This document shows, in pieces, positions 33,720-45,900 of a stretch of DNA of 64,000 nt. Within the stretch, counting starts at the first letter, position 1, and the number at the start of each line of letters is the position of its first letter. Position numbers and translations under genes: made by a program. The notes under the pieces were generated by a model. That model was not told the DNA's origin. It saw nothing but the letters and a program-made list of their open reading frames with translations, and did not search any database. This stretch comes from Lingula anatina (lineage: Eukaryota; Animalia; Brachiopoda): the NCBI GenBank assembly GCA_051362555.1, contig CM120641.1, forward strand, positions 2,976,001 to 3,040,000. Direction: 5' to 3'.

Positions 33720-36700
33720 CTACAGGTCGTCCATGGAGAATCTGGGTGGTGGCATTCGTGAATATTTGAGTCTAATGAGGTCGGCTACTTCATCTATTAT
33801 GCTCAAAGACTGAAAGAAATCAAACGCATTGAAAATTTATTTGAGGACACAAGCATATAACTTGTTATGATCAAATAAGACACATTGAAAAATTATCTCA
33901 AATGTAGGGGAAAAAAACTTGCTGAAAAAATATACTCCTACCATTCGTGTCTGTAAATCTTTGGTCCTATAATTCATCTTAGAGATGCAATGAATTACAA
34001 TCAGTCATCTAGACGAGTTGGTTTTGAACCAAATAAAAAAACAACTAACATAATTAACAATGTAATAATGTTTAGACTGACATAATGAACAGCAGGAGTA
34101 CTGGATAGTTAAAGAGCAGGTATATCAGTGGTTTTATTCAACTTTGATGCAATGATTGTAATTATCCAACCCTCGGGTCGCAAGTTTGGTAATAATAAAT
34201 AATAATAATAATAATATCAGTGCCCTACCTTGTCCAACATCTCCTTGGTGTGGGCAGCTGACAGACAGAACCTGGCCCTGGACTCAATGATAGGAGTGGC
34301 AGGAAAACCTACTACAACTGTGCCTAAACCACGCTTCAGTGTCTCACGACCAAATCCTCTGAAAGTGAATAGAATATTTACCATCATGTGTGTACTTCTA
34401 ATATAGTACTTAACCAGAACTGAGGCAAACTGTTAACTGTATCACTTGGAGGACCTCGTTACATAAATAATGCATCCATCCTGATGAATGTATAATATAT
34501 AATAAGCTTCATTCAAGTCAGCTGGACAGACAAGTAAACTGGAAAAATAAAATGCACATAAGTAGCTCCTACAATTCTACAATATTTGCAGTAATGACAG
34601 AAAGGAAATAAGCACTTTTGTGGCCACAGATGCATTTGCAGGTGTAAAACTGTTACTGCAATAAAACAAAGAGCTAAAACATGTTTCCCCTGACAAGCCA
34701 TTAGCACTTACGCGATCTTGGCGGGCAGGAATAGCAGCATGGGGACCACGGGAGAATCCTTGTTGCCATATACAATCAATCCTTTGTCTTGCAACTTCTG
34801 GCGGAAATAACGGGTATTCCATGCAAGCTGTTTAATTCTTTTTTGCCCTAAAATGTAACATGTCAAGTTAGATATATCAATGTGAACAATATATCCTAAG
34901 AGATTTGTTGGCAGTTAGCTACAATGGTGCCTTTAATAACTTTTAACAGTATCTTATACCTTAGTTAGTCCAAAACAGAGGATTAGACAGGATCTATTAT
35001 AACATACAATATATTCCTTTGTGATCTGACAGTCAAAATTTCTCTGGTAACCCGTTTGTCGCTTTTAAGCCACACAATTAGTACCTTGATCTATGACACC
35101 CTTCTCCCATGATAATCTTCCCATTAAGTAAATGTGATCTATACTGTTAGATACACTGTATTGTAAATTGTGCCATAAATTGTGTTGAGTTATGAAAGCT
35201 ATCTTTACCCAGCAAATGCTATGCTATCTTAACCAAGTCACTAAAATAATTACAGGCAAGTGATATGTCTGTGTATATTTTGTTTTGTGCCCCACTGTAT
35301 TATGTTGTACCTTCATCAGTGCCATCCTCCCCCATGATAATCTTCATGGAAGTAATCACCTGCTGTGTGACAGGGGCAGACATACTGGTTGCATAGATTG
35401 CACTGTGGGAATGGACACGCAAGTAATCTATCAGCCTCTGGAATATTAACATTGACAATTATAATCTGCCTATTTACATTTACACTGTGTCACCTATGTA
35501 TAAATTACCAAACAATATGCTATATTTTTCCAAGCATTACTCCCTAGGTATCAAATTCTTCTTTAATCCTCCATCCCATTCACCCTAATGTCCTCTACAT
35601 ACAGATGGCATTAACCAGACTGGTAGTACTACTATCTGATCAAGAAAAAATCCTCACAAATATCTTTTAATTAAATTCCAATAAGCCCCATACGACTAGA
35701 TTGGCTTTTCTTGGTAGGAATTCACAATTAGAAACCCAGTTGAAATGTTGTATACTAAGCACAGCTGAACAATCCTCCCCCTCCCCCTCCCTGCGAAAAT
35801 TTGTCTCATTTAACATTCACTTACCATTCTCAATCTATTCTAGAACACTTGGTGTATATTTTTTTACAGTTTTAATGTTGTTCTGTAATGAATGTAATAG
35901 TTTGAGAACTGTTTTTGGGACGTCCTTCAGAATGTCCCAGAACAGATTAAGAACATTTTTCATCAAAAGAGAAAAACATTATGTTCTAGGACAGACTGAG
36001 AACCGTAAGTGAGAGTTTAATGTGACAAATTTTCCCAGGGGCCGTCCCACCTTAGTTCCTGCTATATATCCTCCAGCTGCACCAAAACTTTTGGTAAACG
36101 TCCCCATCATTATGTCTACGTCCTTGGGATCACAGCCAAAATACTCCACAATTCCTCGCCCAGTGGGACCAATAGCACCTATACTGTGAGCCTCGTCTAA
36201 ATACAGGTATGCCTTGTACTTCTTTTTTAGTCTTATCACTTCAGGAAGTTTAACTATAGAGCCTTCCATGCTGAAAAAACAAAAACAAAACTGAACTTGA
36301 ATCACAGTATAAAAATTGACCATCCCATAGGAATTTGCCCCCTTCCATAAAACTTTTACCGTTAACATAAAAAGTTTGCCTTCTTCTATTTATTCTTAAA
36401 TATTTTAGCTGGTGATTACTTTTATTCATTTCCTTTCTTGTTAAATACAAAGAAACCTGAATAGTTTATGGAAAAAGATGTTATGGAAATGAAAAATAAT
36501 TTTCACAGGACAACAGTAAAATATTTTATTATTAACTTCTGCATCTGTCACCTGAAAGTACTGGTAGATAAACAAAACACCAAAAATGGTTGCAGGGATA
36601 AATACTCTCATTAAACAACCAAAAATAACCCAGAAGCATCATTATGTTGATATTAGTGCCTCGGCAGAGTGCATTTAAAGGTATTATAAATCATTCAAAC

Positions 36701-39700
36701 TACATCAATGGTTAGAGCTCCTTGCCTTACCTGTAGACTCCTTCTACTACTATCAGTATCTTCTTCCAAGGTCTGTGTGTTCTGGGCTGCCCATTCACTA
36801 CTGCATCTCTTAATTTTGTCTCTAAACTATCCATATCTGAAATTCAATTATTCATATCTTGAATGCAAATTAAATTCAGTACAAAGTTGCTTACAGTCTA
36901 GCAGTGCAGAGCCAGTACAGTTCCATTTTTTATAGAAGACTTGAAATAAACAGCCACTCGGTGCAATATCTGCGTGCATATGCTCCTTCAATAAGTCTAC
37001 TCACCATTGTGTTTGAAGACCTGAATTTGGCACCCAGCCAGTCTTGATCCAAGGACAAGGGAAGCATGATTTAACTCATCACTAAGAATTAATGTACCCT
37101 GAAATACAGAAAAATAAAATTGTGGTCAACTTATTTTACATGCCTTTCAGCATAAAATTACACGTAAAATATACTGATAAAAGAATTACCATATATAATT
37201 ACCAATGTTACCATCTTTAACTAGCACTAACTTGTTCTTAGTGGTAACTTTCTAATATCAGGCTTTCTTTTAAGGCTCAAATGCGAGCTAGGATGCTGTT
37301 GCATTGACCCAGTATGTGGCTTGATAAAACTTGTTGTGGCCCAATATTTCTAGCGTGTGTATGTTTTTTCAATTTGTTCATCATAATACGATGATTGATG
37401 TACATTTCCACTGTACATGCATTAACAACATTAGCCCTTTTACGCATCAAAAATTTAAGAGCCATGTTGAAACCTTGTTGCTTGGCTATATCCTAGCAAA
37501 TAGCACACAATTAGCACAGTCATTTTGTATGATGCTCATTGACATGCACACCTCTTTCTACTTCAAATTATTTTCAAAGTTTTTTATTACTAAATTCACT
37601 GAAAAGAAAGGAGTTTTGCACATCCTTTCATGCAAATTTTCTGTATATTCCTACCATTTTTTTTTTCTTATTTCTATACCAGGCCAGACAACAAGGTCTA
37701 CACTTACAATTAGTACTGGATTTGAGCCTTACAAAAAGCTTTAGAGATTTCAGTCTCAGTGTCCCCAAAACAATGTGCTAATAACTTACTTTGCCCATCA
37801 GGGTGGGAATGTTCATTGAGTTAGTAGCAAACCCCATACCAAAGGTGATGGCTGCCTCACATCCAACAAACCTGGCCACTAAATCTTCTAGTTCTTTGTG
37901 AATATCCGTTGATCCTGAAAAGATAGTATGTTATTTTTTAAATCTAAAACCATTCAAGCTCAAGCTTCTCTGATCTTCTGATCATGGGCCTCTTCTTAAA
38001 CCTGTATTTGAGAGTGAATGCTTGCTGGGGGGAGGGGGGTTCTCTCATTATTTAAATGTAAAGACAAACATAAGTAGCAAACAACAACGTAAAGACAATT
38101 TGTCAAAGAAAATTTTCATAAAACATGATACAACATAAATTAATTGATAACAGCATTCTGCAAATATTTTTAAATGTAACCATCATAATAAAAATAACGA
38201 CAATCCCTAAGTCAGCCTTCAAATAACATTAGATGTGAATGATGTTGCTGTAACCAAATAATTCAGATATTGCATGTGTAAAAACCACAAAGCATACTTG
38301 GTATTGGTAACTACCACAATATGCTTTACACAATGTTCACAATCAAATATCAGAACAGCACTCCTTTTAATAATCCAGGGATTTGATGACAAACTGTAGG
38401 GCCACTGACCTCATTGCAATCCACATTGCCGACCCAGACTTTTAAGTATTTTGGATCAATGTATAACATTAGACCTTATATCTAAGGTATTAATGTCAGA
38501 GTAGGAAATGTGTGGACAGCACTGCCAAAAGAGAGCTTAATATCCAAAACAAACTTTAGAAATGATATCAAACTTCCCCAGAGCAACAGTTGATGTAGTT
38601 CTCTATGTACGGAAGGCATGGGGACTGACACACTGACACAGCCACTGAGTGAGAGGCTGGATACAGCTTACAGAAAGATGTTTGGAGTGGTACAGAACAT
38701 CACCCTGTAGCAGCAAATGAAGTTGGACAACCAAAATTTACAAGAAGAAAGATGGTTCAGATTCAGTGGACACTGACGGAGGAGCAAAAATAAAGTTGTA
38801 CACAACTCAATCTTATGGAAACCAAAGCATATTGTTGCTCTGCTGGCAGTTGCCAAGGAGATTCCCAGGTTTCTACTATCCACCATGGAAAATAGAGACC
38901 AGCAGAGAAAGAGTCAAACTACGTAGTAGTAGGAGAGACAGACCTAGATGTGTCCAGTGAAAACAAACCTTACCTAGCTCTTGTCTGGTACTACATATTC
39001 CCACGCCATATTTCCTGGTGGCTTCCTCTGCAGCATCAGCACACTGGCCCTCACTTTGAGCAAAACCCAGGTAGTTATAGGAGCCCATGTTGATAGCCTT
39101 AATCTTCCTCCCCGTGAACCTGAAGATGAAGTTGAATATTAATCACTTAATACACTGCAAATACAAAATTAAAATATCAACATGTATGTATGAGATAGTG
39201 TATGTGTTAGTGTGTGGGGTGATTTCTAATACAAATGCAAGCAACCAGTAGTGAATGTTTTGCTCGCTGGAAGAGTAAGCTGATTCGAGGAGGTAGATAG
39301 GATGCTATCTACTTCCTTGGCTGACTTCAGTAAGTGAAGAAGGCAAATGTAACAGATGCATAACTTCATTTCTTAACTTCGTATTTTTGGTTCAAAATGA
39401 ACACCGCTTCCATTCAATGTGGCACACCCTCAAAGCATTTCTTTATTAATCCCCAGCATGAGATAATCCTCACAGCTTATTGCTTGTGTGACAGAGTGCT
39501 TCAAAACCATTTTATCTACGGCAGGTGTGAATTCACCTTAATATGTCTCAAACTGATCTAAACATAGCACACAGGATTTGTACTGTCCTGGTATGAACCA
39601 TGATGACACCAAATAGTCTGGAGCAAACAAACTTCACAACAGAGATAAACTGCCCTCCCATTTGATAAGCAGTCCCTTTGTTTAAAAGCACTGACTACCA

Positions 39701-42564
39701 GTAGGTATACCATGTAAACTAATCAGGGGAATGCAGGTTGTAAATGCATAAAATGCTGGAGCCTGGATCCTTTATGGAGATACTGAGACGATGTTTTGCT
39801 TGAAAAAATGTGTATTGGTGTCACATGTTCAACTTGCATATAATAGATAGCTTCACCATGAATGTTACCAGATCAACAAATAGGCAATTATCAAACTATT
39901 TAATTCCTTTTGATTTATACCCATCTTTTAATACTTTACCCAGCAAAATACAATTAAACCACAGACAAAGTTTTGTTACAGTAAGATTAAAGCCATGCTG
40001 CATTACCTACCTAAAAGTCAGACCACTGTCATTTGTTTCTCTCTCACAAATTTCAAACTCTGCTCCTGGCACTGAACAAATAGGCCTATTCCAGCAATCA
40101 CGGATTCTTCTGTAGATGTTACGTGTGTAAAAACTTTCCCAACTCTGGTAGAGTGGTACAAACCCCTAATAAAGGAAAAGAAGTACAACTTTTTAAACAT
40201 TTATGAAAATGTAAGAACCATCAACAAAAATTGGGCAAAATAGTCAAGTGACTGTTAAACTATACAGGTAGTAAACGAACATTTTAAATGCACTTTTTCT
40301 AGCATCTTTTAGTTATTTTATTTAGAATGCCTGTATAGAACTAATTTCTTAGACTGATATATATGATATCAAAAACTGAGTAAAATTAATGCATAAATTC
40401 AATTTTATAAAAACATTTTATTAAGAAAAAACACTAATGAATACATATCAAATACCATACTTAAAAATATAAATGCAATAATAATAAAGTACTCAAAACC
40501 AACCTTTAAATAATCCTTAGCTGTAGGAAGGGTTTCAGAGGGATATATATAGCTTCTAAGAAAATCACGGAAATGTCCATATAAAACAAGTACTCCATAA
40601 CTAATGTATGTCAACACTGCTATCACAAGTGGTGTTTCTTCAAAAGACTCATAAAACTTCTCCTTCCATGACAGCTGAAATAATTGAATATTATTGATTT
40701 AAGACATGGACTAAAAGGAAAAATTAAAGCTCACATAAACTTTTAAATCATTCATCAATGGCTCAGAATAATTCATGTTGGGTTTAAAACTCAAATGGCA
40801 TATTTCAGTATGTCACATATTTATTCTTAATTTCACCAAACACCTTAATGTGGCTGAAACATTTCATTTGTGGGCCAAAAAAATTATATGCTAGATCCCA
40901 CAGAGAAATAACCTCATATAAATGTGCCAAATGTACATTACAACTGGGAGTACATGTTCTAACCATAGAAACAGATAACATGATAATTCACAGATATGAC
41001 CTAACAATACCTCAAATGTTCACAATATTAGGTAACCTGGCATTAGCAAGCTACCATGTGTACAAAGGCTGCTTTCAAGACTAATGACAAGTACAGTTGG
41101 TGTATCTGTCAAGATTACTGGTATCTGGTTACATCACATACGCTAAACTTCATAGAGGAATTCTAGCTCATATTCATATTAGACGAATGCCTTTAGCTGA
41201 TACAATGAACAACATTATGAACTTGCTGAACTTATTCAATGATGTCAAAAAACTGATGCATATATACTATTACTAGTAGTTAAATAAAGCCAAATCATCA
41301 ACACTTCGATTTTGGTCTTAAACCAGTAATTATCCATGGGTCTTCATTCAATTTTGACTAACATTTCATGCAAATCTTTTAGCTTATTTGCTTTGAATTA
41401 TAAATGAAAAGTACACAATAAACTGATTAATTAAACTGCCCCAGCATTTCCAGGGTGCCATAGTATAATTTAAACTGCCTCGAATTTAACAATGGCTCTT
41501 TAAGTTGAGTACTATCCTAATATTTTTTGTCTTAACCATATCCACCATTCATTAATATGTTTGTTATGAATTAATATAAAGAAACTAATTAAATACTTAA
41601 GATATGAGATGACAGTGATTAGGTTGGGGTCTTGAATTTACTGACAAGGTCGGCCCCAGGGGTGTGGTCTATACCCCTCCCACCAGCTTGGGCAATAATC
41701 AGATCAGTATCTAATGGTGCATTCCCATAGATTTTAGATCGATCTATCCCCATAGGGAGTCTTACTAGATTACTGTCAGATAATCCGGCTTAAATGTCCG
41801 TCCCGCCTACTACAAGCTGTAAGGGGGTAATTAACTTTTGTGCCCGCTCGGCTGACAGCTATTTAGCGTGAACCCCCAGGGAGTTAGGTCGATCTAGTTG
41901 GATCGATCTAAACTCTGGGAATGGAGTCTAACACTCTATTTATACCTTTAATCACTGTTTCAATTTTGATGCATGAAATTATCTGAATTGCCTCCAGCGT
42001 ATCTAAAATATTGAATTCTCTGTGAAAATTGATCTAAATATTGAGAAGCGATATGTATTTGTAAAATTCAAATTAGAAGCCCCTAGATTTATATATACAG
42101 GCAATTGCTTTTACGCAACACCAGATGACTCAGTCTTTTACTGCGGCATGAATTGTAACCAAAGCAATACAAACGCCGGATCAGGTGATCTGATACAAAA
42201 TCAGGCCATTACTGGATATATGGTAGAATGTAAACCCATAGTCGCTCTAACCAAAAATCTTTAATAATACTAATGCCGGGTTGGTTGAATCATTACTATT
42301 AGCACAAGTGTAACTAAATGTTGGGTCACTACTAGTAGTAGTACTGTTTACTTTGCATTTACGTAAAATTGGTCTACTGACTTCAGAGTTGTATTTAAAT
42401 TAAAAATTTGGATAGGAGCATTATAATAACCAATGTTATGGACTATATACCTCATCTTTCTGTTGTCCTTTAATGTGACCATTCTGATGATGTCCATACC
42501 CATTTATGTATCCGTTTGGCACCTTTATCTTGGTGCCGTTAGAGAGCGACCCATCCCCATCCAT
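33720..42564 (-). CDS. SPTLC2: Serine palmitoyltransferase long-chain base subunit 2 (LCB2; SPTLC2/3 family), 537 aa
   Basis: 12 GT-AG exons on -: 42564-42451, 40674-40504, 40165-40011, 39119-38974, 37914-37790, 37098-37005, 36836-36731, 36270-36051, 35437-35311, 34847-34712, 34358-34229, 33809-33720 (1614 nt). Motifs: [48 protein letters not shown]-lysine [24 protein letters not shown]. Confidence 0.97.
35081..35185 (-). pseudogene. Decayed duplicate of SPTLC2 exon 35437-35311
   Basis: GTACCTTGATCTATGACACCCTTCTCCCATGATAATCTTC resembles GTACCTTCATCAGTGCCATCCTCCCCCATGATAATCTTC including the donor site; indels shift the homologous frame. Confidence 0.55.
41716..41929. mobile_element. MITE, family C (similar layout to family B)
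   Basis: Near-identical to 57289-57496; ends CATTCCCA...TGGGAATG are inverted. Confidence 0.75.
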
Positions 42565-42926
42565 TCTCGATCCTCGAATATCAGAGCTGTCACGAAAACA
42601 TGGATTAAGAGACGGTTTGCTTCTTTTCGTGAAAACTAGTGCTATGTTATTTTACAGTAAATTTAAGTTTTCTAATTCTAATAAGATTTTAAATATGATA
42701 CATTCAGTCGATATTCGTTTGAATCGTAGAAACATTTACTGGCCGCTTCGCGCAATCCTGGTTTTATATGATATGCGATCTGGGAAGGTATATGACGTCA
42801 TTCTCATATCTCGAGCAGCCATTCTGCAGGTTAACGGGACAGAGGAACAAAACAAAATTTTGCGAGCAGACTAACCTTTTGAATTTCAGTGCATTTTCAT
42901 AACCTTGCTCTTTTGGGGACAGTATC
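42565..42926. promoter_or_regulatory. Bidirectional promoter and 5' UTRs between SPTLC2 and reticulon
   Basis: Divergent ATGs only 362 bp apart; local CpG enrichment; palindromic CRE TGACGTCA at 42793-42800. Confidence 0.7.
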
Positions 42927-45900
42927 ATGGATCCTTTTGAGAGTCCAATCCAGAGCAACGGACAAAATGAAGACAACAATTTTGGAGATTTCGAAAAGGT
43001 AGAACCTGTCAGTACCACCACCACGGAAGAGGAGGACATGTATTCTGCCGCAAAACAGCCGGAGCAGGAGGCGGCGACAGGCGATCTTTTGGGTAGTTTC
43101 ACTGAAAGTTCGTCAGAGAAAACAGAACCTATTGCACCTCCCACTTATGAGCCTGAGCCTGAAATCACTTCTACTAGAGAGCCCACTCCACCTCCAAGGA
43201 AAGAACTGAGAGGGGGCAAAGAACCTTCCTCATTTCCAGGTGAAATTTCCCAAATCGAAATTTACAAATTGTTTTATCCATTTTTGTTTGTCACTGGGAT
43301 CAAATTGTTTTTACATTCTAAACCAAAACTGCTTCGTTGATTTTATGGTCAATAAAAAAATATTTAGTTTAATTTTTTTAAGAAGTCCAGTACATTAATT
43401 TGAAAGTTGGCATGATTATTTTTTATTCTGAATTCATTTTTGTGAAATTTTACAATTGTACAAAGCAGTGAAATAACTTCTGTTAATCATGTTAAGTGAA
43501 ATCTCACCATAAAATTCATGTAAATTAAAGGTAAAAAAATATACTTCTCAGCAAGACAGTTGGTGGTACTGCTGCTGACCATGTGAACTTGGTATGATGG
43601 ACTTTGACCCTGACTCATCAATTGATGATGCTAACTAGCCTAATAGACAAAGTATATGTTACAAATAATAGTTGACTAGACAGTGTCATCCAATTATCAA
43701 ATTATAATGTCATTTGGCTGGTTAAATTCCTGGGAGGTTGTGGGAAAGCATGTGTCATTGAATTTTTATGTGTGATTAAAACATACATGTTTGTTAGTAA
43801 TTGATATGTGTGATATTATTTAATTGAGCACAGAGTTGTTGTAGTTTTTGTTTTTGATAGTCATGTTAGTGGAATCTTAACTTAAAATCATGGTGTGAGA
43901 TTCACTTTTGTGAGGAGTCGTGCACAGTCTTACAAGTTAATTATCCCTGTACTTTCGAGACAAAAGTTGGGGATAATTGCACATTTACTTTATTTTGATG
44001 TTTTTTTTTACAGAAAATTTTTTCTTCGATTTTGTGTGTAGCTGCAGTGTATACTAATGAATTGATATAAGAAAATGCTTACCCTCAAAAAAGACTTACA
44101 TTATTTGCTACGTTTGTTGTATTTACACATTGTTTAGATTGAATTTCTGTTGTGTTAACATTGATATGAAAAACTGATTGCTGTCTTTAGAAAGATTTTA
44201 CGAAAGTGTCAGAAGGTACCAAAATGAGTTTATAAATTAAATGAACGTTCTCTTTACAGCTTCTTACTTCTTATGTTACAAAACTTAAGGACTGTGCAAG
44301 AATACACTGATACATGTTTTTGCTGTATTTCCAGGAGGATTTGGAAAGAACTTAAAAATAGACCCAAGAGGTGAGTTCTTGTGTCCAAACAGAAATAGGT
44401 ATCATACCTCAAGTTAACTATCCTATTTATAGATACAAATATCATGTGAATGCTTAAAACCAACTTGAGAATAGTAAAATGCTTTGATATATTTCAAAGT
44501 AACAGGATTTGGATCCAAACAGCTTCTATAGCCAAGTAAGTTATTATTAATTAATCAGTGGAGTTTAGTAACTTGTATCATCATACAGATGATTTGAGGG
44601 TTACTTATGAATATTTAGTGCAGTTGCACAACTTAACAATTATCATATCCTTATGTAACAACCCATTAAGATTATCTTTTCCTAAATTAGAATTGGTTGT
44701 ATGTATAGCATTCCAACTTCATTAAGTTAATTGGAGCCAGTTGTCTTCAGTAAAAAAAAAAAGGCTAAGTTGTTCAGAAAGTAATGATACAAAAAATATG
44801 CATGCAAAAAGAAATTGCTGTCATTTTTAGTTCAGGTGAAGATGATGGAAAATTAAGTGTAAGGTATAAGTGTATGGTATTGCATTAGGCATTCATCCCT
44901 GGATATTGATCTTATGAACTGGTTTAAGTAGGGTTTCAGGTCCATCACAGAACATATTGCACACAATATATGGGTCAAGCAATAAATATATCTGCATGCT
45001 CATTTTAATAGTTCTTAAAAACTGGTCAAGATTGGATTGAATTAGATGTATGTCTTCTCATTTAAAATGGACTTTGCTCTAAAGAACACAAAATGGTTTG
45101 AATTATTGTACCACCAGCGTTAGCGCTGGCGGTACACATGGTTTCGGTCTCGTCCGGATCGTTCCGCCGGCTCCGCCGGCTCCGCCGGCTCCGTTGGCTC
45201 CGCCGGACGGCTACCGTTACCGCTTCTCCTCCTAGACGGTAAGGCCCCCCATACCCATCTCATGGATTTAGGTCACCTATAATCTCAACTCGTTCCACGT
45301 AAAATTTGGGCTTTGTCGGTATTGGGGTCTGGGTGTGGCACTCATTGCAATGCACCCTTGTCCAAAAATGGCAAAATTAAATGCTAATTATCTACCCTAC
45401 GGAAGGAGTTACGGGAAAAATTTCTACAGACGGCTTTCCAAAAGTCATATGTGTAGATTTCAAATATACCCTCGGATTTGACCTTTGACCTTTACTTCAA
45501 GGTCAAATGGGCCAAAATTTTCAAAAAAATGAAATTTTTTACGAAAAAAAAATTTTTTGCCCTGTTATTCAGACACCACACAGACTTAACCAATAATATT
45601 ATTGGAAAGTGTTACCCTTCAGGTCATCTTTCATCTCCGTGAATTTGGGGTCAATCGGTGCATTTTCACAGGAGTAGCGGCCATAAGATACCGAAACTGA
45701 AAACTGTCTCTAATTCGGGAACCGTTAATGCTAGAGACCCATTCTTTTTTGCATTTTGTAGAGCATGTAAAGCCCAACACTGGAGGTGGTCTCGGTTTTT
45801 TTGTATTCCATACGGTTTTCGAGTTACGCTGTATCAAAAAGTACATATTGGTGGTGAAAGGAAAATGTACGGAAGCCCACTGGTGCCATATGTAGAAAAA

